Positions 1 through 13,100 of a DNA stretch of 64,000 nucleotides are shown here, piece after piece. The position numbers were made by a program, and so were the translations under genes. The stretch is taken from positions 3,826,934 through 3,890,933 of the forward strand of contig NW_019091356.1 in NCBI RefSeq assembly GCF_001949145.1, read 5' to 3'. The notes under the pieces are model-generated. The model saw only the letters and a program-made list of their open reading frames with translations. It was not told where the DNA came from and did no database searches. The DNA is from Acanthaster planci. Lineage: Eukaryota. Position 1 is the first letter of the stretch; the number at the start of each line of letters is the position of its first letter.

Positions 1-904
1 ATGGCAGAAGGGTTAGCTTAAAATAAATAAATAAAATAGGACTGAGGAAGCTAGGCCTATACTGACTACTGTAGTACTGGGGCGGTGTGAACATCTTGGA
101 CTCTTTCAAAATGGCTTGTAAGTTGTACTGCACCGATGAAAACATTGACGTACGCGTGTGCAAGCCGTCAGAGGATCGGGTTACACAATTTTCTTTGATC
201 AGCGGTACATGTAGGTGCACATGCGCTCATTGCAGTTGTTTTCATTGGCACAATGCGGTTGCTACATGCAGCTGCCATTTTGTGAAACTCCGCGCCACCC
301 AATTTTGTCATTTGCTTTTTGAAAAACAGTCAAAGTGTGAACCACTCATGCCTGTCCCACATTATTACACGGCGTGTTACTCACGCTGAGTTGGATTGAT
401 GGGCTTGCCATATACATGTAATGATTAGACTCATGTAACATGCTTCACAGTAAGGGAGCCTATGTTATTAATCCTCCTTTGGTTTTACAGCACAAATGTG
501 CACAAATGCCCACAGTCACTGGTGAGCACGTAGTTTCTATATGGAACTCAAACATGCACAGGTTCAGTGTGTACACAGTAGATTGCCGGCACAGAATGAC
601 CCAGGGTCTTTTGTGCAGTCCTCTNGATATTTCTGTGAGGGACTGTTGGTGCAGTGCACAACACAACACAGCTGTGCTTCTTTGAGGTGTTCACCAAATG
701 ACCCAAAGAGTGACTTCAACATGGGAGGGTTGATATATATTTATTATTATTATACATTGTAATATATGTTATTGCTGAATTAGTTTTTAAAGGGTCCAGA
801 TTTGTAAAGCTACTGCAAACGCGGCAAAGAAAAAAACAGTTAAATTTGTCAAGTTTGACCAGAATGCTTATTTACTAGAATGTTTCCGTTGCTGTCTTCT
901 ACAG

Positions 905-1138
905 TTGGCCAGATTCCAAAAGAAAAAAGGGAGTCCCGACAAACGGCGGAAGAAAAAAGCAAAGACGACAGACCCACCGACATCTGCTGCTGAAGGAGCC
1001 AATGGAAATGGAGGCAGCAAAGGGGCGCAACCCACCATCCACCTCAGTGACGATTCTCTTGATACAGCTGACTCCAGTGTGGCATCGAGCGACGTCTTGG
1101 GAACCCACTCTGATCTGATGTCACCCATATCGTTTGAG
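905..1138 (+). CDS. AKAP9: Exon (phase 0-0, 78 codons) LARFQKKKG...SPISFE, basic N-terminal region
   Basis: Acceptor gctgtcttctacag|TTG, donor GAG|gtaatg; resembles the second coding exon of AKAP9/PCNT. Confidence 0.88.
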
Positions 1139-4100
1139 GTAATGCTGCTCATATATCCTATGGTATAGGGGAGCACCCCTTAATCCTATCCCAAGCAGAT
1201 TCTTCCAAATCCACATTTAAGGGTTTCCACAGATTTTGGAAGATGGCTACAGTTTCTGACTTTGAAAATTGTGCTGTGGTGTGGCACAGTGACATGGATT
1301 TTGGATGAATCAGGACTAGTTCAACATTTCTAACGTTACAAAATTAATCCATGGGGACGAGGACGACATATAATCATTTCAGGGCTTGTGCTACGTGCTC
1401 ATTATATCATCCAGAATGAAACGATAACGATTTCTTCTCCCATGCCATGATCAGAATCGTGCACAAGCGCGAGCACGTGGCCTGCCTGTGGCGTACATGG
1501 ATGCGTGTACAATGTGCATGTACACGCACCATGCATGTACCACATGTATTTTTTCATCCACTTTGAAGTCGAGTCTTGTACTCAATTCGCTTGCTCTTAG
1601 CCAAATTGCCGAAGGAAACATGAATGTAGGAACACTGGGATTCTTTGTATATCATTAGTTATTTTTGTTTGCGTATCACATGAATATACTGAATGTACTG
1701 TACTAACAAAAAGGCACAAAAACGTGTGCCAAGTACTGACCTGCATCACAAAGTACATCATAAAGGGGTTATGAGAAATCTGTTCAAAGATGTTTGTCAT
1801 TATTCGCTTCTTTGTTGCAGGGCTGCTTAATTACACTATATAAAACAACAATTGCACACAGTTTGACAGTTTTAGTTTTTTCTAAAAGTTGTTATTTTTT
1901 GTTTGAAAAGGCAAAACTCTCATGAACAAATGTCAGAAATTCATCAGAGACCACCAGAAAGCATCTAATGGTGCATGCTTCAAGTTCGCGCACAAATTTT
2001 GGACTCTAACTAGAACACTTCTTGTTTTTCATTTTGCAATCCCACTTTTCAAATCCTAGCTAAAACACTGCCGACACCCGAGACATTTAATAATGAATCC
2101 AAACTTTTTTTGGGCCTTCGTAATCGGAAGCCCCTACAGATTTTCTATTGATATGCTTTGAAAATCATTTAACATTGCTAACAGAATCTTTGCAAAGAAT
2201 TTTTTTGCTTTTGCTTTTTTGCTGTGTTTCCTTGTTATTAAATCTCAGTCTGTTTTGACTCTCACCAAAAACTGAGATTTCTTGACCTGTTGAACTGTGT
2301 TTTTGATCAGAACAGCGCGAGGCAAAGTTATCCTTTGAAATTTCACAACCATGGAAATAGGATACTCAGTCTGACCTGAGTTTGGACGTCCAATCTTCGA
2401 GACAGCATTATCTCATCATCCCAGACATATATGACTCATGCCTGTGCCTCAGCTGTGACTCGAAGTTCAGTTGCGAATTCAAACTCTCAATTCTGCCTGA
2501 TGTGTTCCATCGACCAAAAACATTGATGAATTATTTTGAGATGAAAGAGTTACAGTTGAAGTTGAAACTTCAGACTGGGTAGACCAGTCTCCTTTAAGTT
2601 CAGCCCTCCCCTTTAGGTTTGGATTACCTTTTCTGCCAGGAACAACTAGGGACCGGTCTTTTGTCATGTCCATTGTATGTTGCATTCTTTGCTGGTGTCC
2701 TGGTCCTCGGCTTTAACATGGTCCCCTGGGTCAAAGGTCCTAGAAGTGCTAATCAACATTGCTGGCTATAGTATGGTCCCTGTGTTCTTATGCTCTCCCT
2801 ACACACTTGGTATTTTTAATGGCAGTTAACTTGAACTTAGCTCCACTGTTACTCTGGTTGGGAAATTTGTGTTGTAAGTGGATCTATGGGATGAGTCCCT
2901 GGAGGTGAAGCTGCACAGCATTAAATCAGGCCATCCTTGCAACAGACCGAAGCCGGAGGTTTCCAGAGATGGGCTGACGGTTGCTGCGGATCGTAGCAAA
3001 GCCTTGGCTCCGTTTCAAAACAGGGTGGAGCAGGCACGGGGAGATAGACATCGTTACCGGACCGATTGGTCTGAAGCCATCGCGTTAAGAACATGGAATT
3101 ACTGATGTTGGCAGTGATTTATTCAAGTTGTAAGTTCTTGGTCCATGTTCTGGCTTTCTTGCTCCATTGTGTTGCCATCAGCAGTCTGTGCAGGAAATCT
3201 GTTTGAGATGTACATGAACATTGTATGTATACATACCTGTCACATCCTTTTAAGAAGTACCGTGGTTGTCATTTCAAATTGACAAATTTCGGCAAATTAA
3301 AATGCCATCTTGGAGATGTTGCTTGGAAGACTTGGGATCGCTTGGAGTGCATCTTGCAAGTTATTTCTTAAATTGCACTTGCTTTGGCTTGATTATAAAA
3401 GCCTTTACCACAGCACACGCAAGCTTAAATCAGCGTGTGTGCTTTCTGCTGTGACTTGGCGTGTCACACAGGGATGACCTCGGAGTTATAAGCAAGCAGT
3501 GTCCGTCTGTCCAAGTCATGGGACAAGGCTCTAACTCTGTTGAGTCATTGTAATATTTCTGCTGCAGAAAAAGAGACCCCCTCTCTGTACCTGTCATGAC
3601 CGTGCCAGCCAGCTCAGCGGAGATATGATCACAGTGTGTAATGCTCTTGCTGTTGTCATGTTTCTGAGGTGCACTTGCCCAAAGATTACGGATAGTGCAT
3701 GTAAACCAAGTCTGTCTGATTAAAAGTGACTCGTTTCTTGCACCTAGCAAAAAAAAAAATCCCCATTACGTGTTTTGTAAACTCGAGGAGATGATAAATC
3801 ATCATAAGTCCTTGGCTGTGCACAAGAAGTGGTGAAAGATTGTCACAAAGGCAAAAGTAATTGTGAAAAATAAACAGGATGCATAACTTAATATGTATCG
3901 TACCTTTCAGTTTGATAAAATCACCATTACATGTAGCTCAGTACCAGTTACGCCTAGAAGTGAAGAGGAAATGGCGCCCCCAATCGCAACTGCTTATAGT
4001 CCGATAAGAATGTCTCCCAACATGATTGGCATGACATACAAAGGCCGTGTGCACAGCCCCCCTCCCAACATCCAAACGGCTCAATTGGTACTTCCCTTTG

Positions 4101-7100
4101 CCCTATGTTTGCAGTAAACCGTTGGTCTGGTTTTGGTCCCATGCGAGTTCACAACATTGTCCTTGGCAAGCGTCAATACCGGGCCAAGTCTAGACGACAA
4201 GAGAAGGTGGGGAGTACGTGTAGGATGGGGAGAAAGATCCTAACAATCGCCAGGCAATCATTGTCCCATCCCATTATCCTCAAATCATCTGCACCATTCG
4301 GGGGATTGTAGTTCACTCGAATTCAATTTAAATGCGACAAAGAAAGCGCTACAAAATTCCAGATGTTCAGATTGAACGATGGTTATGGATTACATCAGAA
4401 AGTCCCAACTTGACCAAGAAATTGCTTCTTCCATGTAATCAAAAGAACAGTTGTCTAGACTTTCCATAAATTTTAAGAAACAGAAGGTCTTAAAAAACTC
4501 AGCTCTTCCTGGAAAGGTTATGCAGACATGCATGCATGTATAAGACATCGAAGAATACCGGTAGTTGAGTGTCATGCCTAAAATGTGGAATAATCAAAAC
4601 GAAAGGTTTTTGAGGCTGCGTGCCAGTTGCGACAGTCGTATTCAGTACCCTAATTAGTATTGTTCATGTATGCACATGTAGGCTGTAATAATTTGAATTT
4701 GTTATAAAGCAAGACACCTGTACAGGTAGAGTATATTACAATGTATCTGTCATTCAGCACTTGTACATGTATGTTTTTCTCAAGGTTCAATCTTAATCCT
4801 CCAAAGTTCTACCAAATGTACCAGGAGCCATGGAGTCTCTTGCGAGTTTGAAAAAGGTACAGGTCTGTTAGAGTTCAGTCATTCTTACGTGTGGTTACTT
4901 GTTACATGTGGCAAGATGCTTCCCTGGACACGGAATATGCCATTACTTTTGCAGGATTTTAGAGGAACCCGAGGGGAGGTCAAGATGAAGAACGAAATGC
5001 CAGAATGGTCAGGCCCAAGTCAAATCATGACAGCGTTGGAAATGAGAATGTCAGCTTCTAGTGCTTTTCATAGTCCAACCTTCAGCAATGAAAAAAAAAG
5101 TGACGTTTTGTGATTTAGACTCCTCAAACATCTCATAAATTTACCTGTCAATTTGGGGAAATATCAATTTCAAGCTGTGGTTTTCGGTCCCTACCCCTGA
5201 GTCCCGCTCAACAACATGTCTTGTCTTCAATTACAGCAATTTGGAAGTGACTACATGTGGTGTACACGTACATGTTGGTAGCCTACATACATGTAAAATT
5301 ATCTGAGCTTCTTGTGACATGAACATGTACATGTACATGACACCGTACATCCGACCAACACGCCTTCCTGTCAAATATCACAGTTTTAGAGCTTTCCCTT
5401 CTACTGCCCCTATCCCCTCTCCCCTTTTCCCTGTCTAGACACCACCTGCCCTGGGGTAGACCGTTCACCTGTGTCCTACCTCCTCGGGCCTGTCGGTTGG
5501 GTTATATTTAAGTCATCAGAGGCTTTTCTGGCTAATTAGATCAATCGGATGGGTAATCATTGATGTCTGTTTTGCGTGTCTCTAAGAGCATACCTGCTAC
5601 TGAGCAAGATCTCTTCTCTGGGGCATCCGAGCAATCGTTATCCACAGCAATCCAGTAGCGGATTTTGTGTTTGGACTGAGGGGTCAGTTGTCTCATCCTG
5701 TATGACCCTTCTCTATTCCCCTGGGCCAGGGGATTGACCTCCTGATGTCTCATGTGGGCATCACTTGTCCAGGGCAACCAGGAAGCAGGATAAGCCATCT
5801 GTTAAGCAGATAAAGAACTGGACAATTGTCTTGATCTAATGCACACTTACCGGTATCAGCAGTGGACTGTCATTGGTCAGATATTTGGGGTTGGCAGTCG
5901 CCAGATTGGAGAAAATCTGAATAAGGACAAACAAAATTTGTCCATGGATGGATGCTTCATGGTTCCGCAGGGTAAGGATTAAGCATTAAACACTTAAAAA
6001 AGGTCTTGCAAAATGCATAAAAGTGACGACGGGAACAAAATATAGTGACCATCTCACTATAATACTAAACATGATAAAAAATGCTAGCAAAATGTATGTC
6101 TGTGTGTTCATTTGCAAGTTGCAAAATCGCTGCCTGTCGGTGTACATTTTTACCTGTGACAATGTGGGGGAAAGTATGCAGGAAATGTGCCAGTCTTTAA
6201 ACTGAACCAAAATATTGCCAAAGATTACCGACCCTTCCCTTTCTCACTCCTCCCCAGCATAAATTAAACACGTGATCTTCATAACCGAGGAGGATTTCAA
6301 AAAAGGTTCCAACAAAAGTGCCTCAGCGGTACCAGTGCACGTAGGGTGGAGAAAGCAATTTCACACACCCACAGCAGTTTGGGTTATTTCTTGAGAGCAG
6401 CGTGGAATCCTGGGACTGTTGCGGTTTAATCAGTTTCAAGTTCCAAGACTGAAATTATTTGTTAGTGTACATTAGGCAGATGGTTAATGCTGCTGAGTCA
6501 TGGGCTAGTAATTTTTTTTTTTAGGAACAGAGGAGAAATGCTCACTTTATTAGCCCTGTCCTGCAGATTGGTCTGGAAATGTCGTTTTGTGGGCCGAGCC
6601 AACTGAAAAATGTTTCCTCAGGCAGTGGTCCCCCGTGCTAGGCAGCTTGGGCCCCCACCCCAGTCCCTAGGGTAGAGCTCTCATGTCAAGGCTGTCAAAC
6701 CAGTCTGCTAGAGTCAGCCATCAAAGTTTCCCCTCTCCTTTTCTCTCCCCAAGTCAGTCGCCGAGTGTCTGGTGCAGTGGTGCAGCGTGCGTGCCGAGTC
6801 ACCGAATCCAGTCACCAGCGTCACATGCATGCACTGCACACGGTTGGGTCACACTTGAGATCCCCTCGTGCTGCGTTTAAACACGCATGGCTGCAAGTGG
6901 GTACAACACATGTGTGGTGCACACAAAGTGACAGTCACAAGTGGGACGCATGAAGCGATCACACGTGTGCTCATTTGCATACCCTGCAATGGTACCTGTT
7001 TAAATACATATGCAGATCTGCGGTGGTTCAGGAAATGGCTTTGAGCAGTGAACTTCTTACATGTACATCAACTGCCAGTTTCATCTCTCCATTCCGATCC

Positions 7101-10100
7101 ATGGTGTAGCTGGCATGCTTTGTCAACATCCAGCATTGAGACTTCAGTCAACACCCTTGGATGTGGAGGCCAGAGGTGACTTGAATCGTCTCTGTTTACA
7201 AGCGACTGTTGGGTAAGCTGTCAGCTGAGTTAGCCCCTGCAGTGAAGACGCACATCCACACCTCATGCTCGGCTTGAAAGACAAGGGGATTACCCTGTGT
7301 CTCATCTTTTTTCTGCCGGGCATATTTAACTAGCATGACCAACTGAAGGAAATCAAAGAACAGTTTAATGATATTGGCTTCCTGTGCTTGGGAAAACCCT
7401 TATAAACTCTAGAAACACAGAAGTTGCATAGAGCGCACAAACAAACAAACTGAATTGACTGCTAAGAAATCGAGAAACTCTTGGCAAGGCCTCGTAACTT
7501 CACACACGGTATACAGCGTGTGAAGATTTTTCAGTGATTATATGTTACACCCCGATGGGGACTTTCTCATTATGGATAATCATTGGACAGTGGACGTCAT
7601 CCAGAGAGAAAAACTTGAACTGAGATGAGTTCGGTGGTCAGCAACGTGGTATCAAAGTGGACCAGTAATTTTGGGGGGGCTTTCATTTGTGTTTGTGGAG
7701 TGAGAAGAACTGAACAATCGGCATACATGTAGTTAACATGGAATTAGAGAACGGCAGTATGCCCTGGCTGCAGGAATGGAAGTGGAACGGGTACATCTAC
7801 AAAAATGTATGTATGCCTATTTTTGTTTGGAATTGTTAAGCATCCTCAATTTTCCCATTATCCTACACAATGCTGCATAAACTCCAGTCGAACATTATTT
7901 ATGAGATTCCGTAAGCCTCCCCAAAAGTAATTTTTCTTGGTTCCATAATCGTACAGCCGTGAGAATCTATCAAATCTTGTGTTGGATGTTGACGGGGTTT
8001 GAAAGGTTGGAGGTACATGTTGTGAGAAACTGGGGGGCAGAGTTCAACTTGACTCTGGGGTGTTCGGGTGTGCGAGTACATGTTCCTGTGCGTTGAGCGT
8101 GTTGGCTGGCACGTGAAAGTGTGTCCAGTAGGCATTCAGTAAGTTTTCCAAACTTTGACCAACACGGGAATGGTGCATGAAATTTGAGTAGAGTGGAAAT
8201 TTCAATCCTATTGTTTCCAAACTATAGATTTTTGGTTTTCCAACTCTACAAAGTTAACAGCTGGTGTATAATGCAGCAAATACTTAAAAATTGCTAGTTT
8301 AGCAGGTTTTATATACTGTAGTTAGCAACCAGCCGCTCCCTTATTTTTCACCTAAATGGCTCGTAGGGCGTCTTTTTCCCCCCATTGATCTTATTTGTTC
8401 CTTTGCCAGCAGAATTGCGCGTAGGCATTCATAATAACTGTGTTTGTGATTTTTGTCATTTATGGATTTAGAGGCCAAAAAAAAAAAAAAAACAAGCAAA
8501 AGAATTTTTTTCCCCAACTCATTCTCCATCAAAGCTGTCAGCCGCAGGCACACAGGCAGACATTAATTTCCAGTGTTTTCCACCGTCCCCCCAGCTGTGA
8601 CACGGACACAGATTACATGTATTTTTGTGGTATTGGTCGTTTGACCAATTTGATAACCGGATAGGGAAAACTGCAGCCTGAATGCTCGCCGATTTAAACA
8701 CACTTGTGTTAATACCACAAGTGCGAACTCAAAAGCTGGACAGAGTGTCTGAAAGTTGCGGTTACCCAGTTTGTGTCTGAAATATTAGTAGATTTATCAA
8801 TTAATTTGAGTCGGTTATTAATACCAATGATGTCATTTGTAGAGCTTTATTCATATAATACAGGTCTGTTGCATTTCAGCATGTGGTCACAAGTTATAGA
8901 GACCACTATCAGTTAATTTCCACATGCATCCCGCTACAAGATTGGGTGTCCTTGTAACGAGGATATTCCTCTCAGGGAACCAGTGAGACAGCCTAGTTTT
9001 TCCCACAGTTCCTTGGGGCTCCATGGCCGTGTAACACTACTATCAATGATCAGCTTCACACTTCATTCCAACAAGTAACAACACGGCCGTTGGCCTGCGA
9101 ACGCATGACTTTCTTAACAATGTTAATCCCTGAATAGATGCCACTTACTGATAAAGTATTAGGGACCATTCCCAGGAGGGAGGGATTAGCTAAATGTCAT
9201 ACCATCTTGAACGTGTGAAAGTGTGAAAAATGGGCAAAATCGAAGTTTTTTTTTTTTGGCTGAATAATCACCCAGGGTAGGTTTGTGAGCTGGAATCTAC
9301 AGTGTACATCCAGCATACATGTACAAACCGTGGCAGGCATCGGAAGCTCTGCATTTACTCATGCGATGTGTTAATTGAAAGTTGCTTAAGTTTGCCGGAT
9401 TTCGGGAACGAAAACATTATTAAATGGGAACATGTGAAGAGATGTCTTCTTTATCTCTTGTTGACAATCTAGGCCATTAAGGATGTGTCCATTATCTTAG
9501 CGTATCGTGGTGTATGCACTGCGGTGTTGAGTAATGGCTCACTTCCATGTACATGAAGCGTGATACTGTACATCAGGTGCATACAGAGCAGTAGTTAATT
9601 AATTGTGGATTTTGGCCCTGCCCAACGTGTATTATAAACACTGTACACTCAGTGCTTGCCCCCCGAAGGCTTGTGAAAAAACCACAAGCATACTCGGGTG
9701 GGACTCGAACCCACGGCTTGCTGCTTACTAGTGCAGATGTCTTAACCACTTGGCCGCAGAGCTTGCCGGTGTCAGCAGGTTAGTTTGAGTCAGATGTACG
9801 TAGCAACCGGTACTGGAAACCACTATTTCCAAGGATGGAGTAGTTTCACGAACAGGTACAAGTTGCCAAATCAGCTTTGAATCCAGGGTAGCTAAAAAGG
9901 TGGGGTGAGATGCCCTTTGTAGAAGGAATGTATATATATACAACTTACAAACTGACCCACGGGGAGGGGGGGATGCCCAGGGCAGGATGATGTCAACTAC
10001 CAGTAGCCTCACCCTCCCCCAATTGATCAATGAGTGGACAACGCGAACTGCATGTGATCCATATTTCTTTCTTGAAACTTTGGAACGTGTTGTAAATGAA

Positions 10101-13100
10101 AACTTCTTGTGATGCCTGCAAAACATGTCAAATGCCATTCACTCGCCTTCGTTTATATACGATAGGGTGCCCTTGTCAGGGCAGGCATGGTGCCTTCAGT
10201 CGTTGATTGCTGTTTCAGGACAGGTAGTTACATGTTTCTTACATAAAGTGAAACAGGTGCCAGTCCTGAGGTGTCATTACCCAGGGTACGTACAGGTGTA
10301 AAACGCAAACATGGACATGCATTTGAACATGTAGGAATTTCCCCTGCCCCGCCCCGCCCCACCACCTCTGTGATTGAGACAGTGCTCCTACATGTACATG
10401 TACAGGATTAGCCAGTGCCTCGGGCGTGATTGTGTGACACCTGGAAGACTTGATCTCCAGTGAACTCACATGTACATGTACACAGCAGGAAGATTTACCA
10501 TACTGGTACGTGTAGGCCGGAGGGGGGAGGCCTTTATCTGAAGCAAAACTTTCCGGTTTTTATGAAAATTTAAGTAGGGTAAGAAGCTTTTCCCTCCGCA
10601 ATGTTCAAAGTGGTGTGGTACCAAAAAACCCCTGAATTTTAAGAGTTTCAAGCAATTTCCGAACTGGATAAACTATTTCAAATTCTAGACAGGTGCCCGC
10701 AAATTGAGGAGAAAAAATAGACAGCCTAATTGATGTGGGACCTGCACCCTTCAATTTGTAGTCTGGGGTGTGTCTGGTTGAACAGGACTTGGCTTCTCAA
10801 GTTGGAGCAGATAACATTCAATACTGCACAATTGCTCTGTTAGCTAGTCTGTCTAGGACCCTGGATGTTTTCCCAGGACCCTGGACACAATGGTTGGAAC
10901 GAATTATCTATTTTCCCCACACTAGTCCCATGTCGATATCGTTAATTTGACAAACGGCGACAAAGTAAATTTTTTTTGGTCTTCTGTCTCTCATATTTTT
11001 CCTTTTCATACGAAGAGACTTTACCACTCATTTGTGCAGATGATCTTGTAAAAATGATGAATTCTTATCTGCCAAGGGATTTCACCTTAATCATTTGTGG
11101 ATGCTGAGGGTCGACTGTTGTGGAAGTGTTTTTGTTTGACCGTTCCTGTCTTCAATACAATGGAAACAGATGACAGCTGCGTCTTTGGATCCAACAGAAA
11201 GCAGACAGGTTCAGTTGAATCTCTGGTGGCCTGTGGTTGACCATGGGGACATAAAAATAGTGGAATGGACTTTGTCAGTGCTAACAAAGAAGTAGGGAAC
11301 TCTGTATCTTGTGTGTAAGGGGCCCGAGCTAGACCAAGAGAGGGCGCTGTATCCTCAGCAGCACAGGTTCCTTTGGTAGTAACTGCATCGCTGGTTCACA
11401 ATAATGACCATGAAATGCAAGTATTGCAGTTGCATCGTTACCACCAAAACACTCCGGACCAACATGGCTCTTTTTAACCCAGTGAGGGTGTGCTTCTGCT
11501 CAAGGGGGATAGGCTGAGGGCTTTGACAAAAAAATGGGATGTTCTTACATTGTTGGACCAGTAGCAGTCGTGGTCTGTGCACAGTTTTCCTGTGGGAGCC
11601 AGATGCTGTGTTGAGATCGTCACTTGCCGGCGTCTCCCTTTGTTGTTGGTAATTGGAAACTTGTGCAGGGAGGCGACACAAGAGCAGAGTGTCTTTGAGA
11701 TAGGGGGTAAAAAAGCAATACCAAACCTTAGTATAACGGAGCCTACCCACCAAACAAAATTAACCCTGAAAATCTTAAGGGCAGTCTTCAACACAGATGC
11801 CAATGTGACTTCTCCGTGATGGGCAGGTTCCTGGGGAGGGGGCTCAAAGCCACGGCAAGGGAAATATCAACTACGGCGTATCTATTTGTGAGGATTTCAG
11901 CTCAGCCTGGGATGTGCATCGCTGTCTCTGGTCGCAAACACTGTACATGTCCTTAATTAATCTTCCACCTGTTCTTAATTGGCAGTCGCCTGCCAGGACG
12001 ATATCCACCGCTGAGAACAAACCGTCTTTTGTTCCTTGCCGAGATCAACAGGATCCAGTGGCAGTTTCCCACTGTTGGTTTTGGTTGGTGGACAGTGCGG
12101 TTAGGGTGTCGCGTTGGGTAGCTCTGCGATCTTGTATGCTATTTAGTTAATGGAGAGATAGCATCATAGCCAGGGGTGTGGTTGTCATGATTTTTAGGAT
12201 TTCAGGATTTTTCATCACGATTTTCCTGATTTGGGGATTTTTAAACTTTCAGCATCCCTTACAAGTCTCAAGTTTTCCATGAGATGTTTTTACGCATGAA
12301 AAGTGATATACAAGACAAGAAATTAGTATATAAGGCATGTAAGGGGTGTCTTGAGGCAAACACAAATATACGCCACAGACCCTACACTGCGTTGGGGCAT
12401 TTTTTATCCACAAAACTTTGTAGGTGTTTTATTTCCTCCAATCTCACCTCGGCATAGTAAACTTTTTAGCTCCTGGATATGGAAACCAAGTCAGTCTTGG
12501 GTTTAAGAAATGGCAGTCGTCAAAGTTGAAGGAAACATTGTTTTAACAAAGTGGGTCCATCAGACATTGCAAGCATTGAAGCTTTCAGCTGCATTTCTTG
12601 CCATTGTTTTCTCAAATTGTACCCCATACTTGGTGTGGATATGAAAATAATGACATCACACCCACTGAGCAGTCTTTCTTACATGTATATCAACTTTATC
12701 TAAAAACATCTGAGGCCTTTCCTTTGGAAGATTTCAGCATTTAACTTGAGAGCCATGAGGACGGAAATCATTTGTCAAAAAGTCTGGAAGCGGGGTGAAA
12801 CCTTCAAACAGAAAGTTGAAAGGAAATCATGCACCATGTACTTGGACGAGTGGGAGATCTGTGTCTCAGTTGAGTAAGGATAGAGACCGTGGTCACCAGA
12901 GGTGCGCAAGGAAAGAGTGCCGTTACAGTTTTGCCTGTAAAGTGAACCGCGCCGTTCTTTCACATTTACAAGACTCCCCTGTGATTTCTATCGGCCAGAT
13001 CCAGCACCTCAGAAAACCAAACCAATTACTGCGGGAAAGTTGCAAATGAACACATCCATGCGCATGCATGCTTCCAGCAAATCCCTTTTAGTCACACATT

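Noticed and set aside
1..30. ATG at position 1 as the gene start
   Set aside because: It reads MAEGLA-stop, with no resemblance to the expected AKAP9/PCNT first exon and no strong phase-0 donor; the first exon is probably upstream of the window.
4830..5113. GCCATGG-initiated mini-exon MESLASLKK (4830-4856) and a possible acceptor at 4954
   Set aside because: The donor gtacag is mediocre, the downstream segment has no convincing donor before stop codons, and there is no homology; cannot be supported.
7203..7212. 10-nt microexon before gtaagc
   Set aside because: AAG acceptor and frame-shifting length.
1198..8000. Further short imperfect inverted repeats (1198-1311, 2378-2486, 7879-8000)
   Set aside because: Probably decayed MITEs, but too degenerate to define ends or family with confidence.
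9691..9762. Functional tRNA-Thr gene
   Set aside because: The acceptor stem has mismatches and the sequence runs into a repeat body that recurs at 22.9 kb; better explained as a SINE head.
11355..11819. Overlapping 80-132 aa ORFs as a nested gene
   Set aside because: No recognisable domain, codon bias or splice structure.
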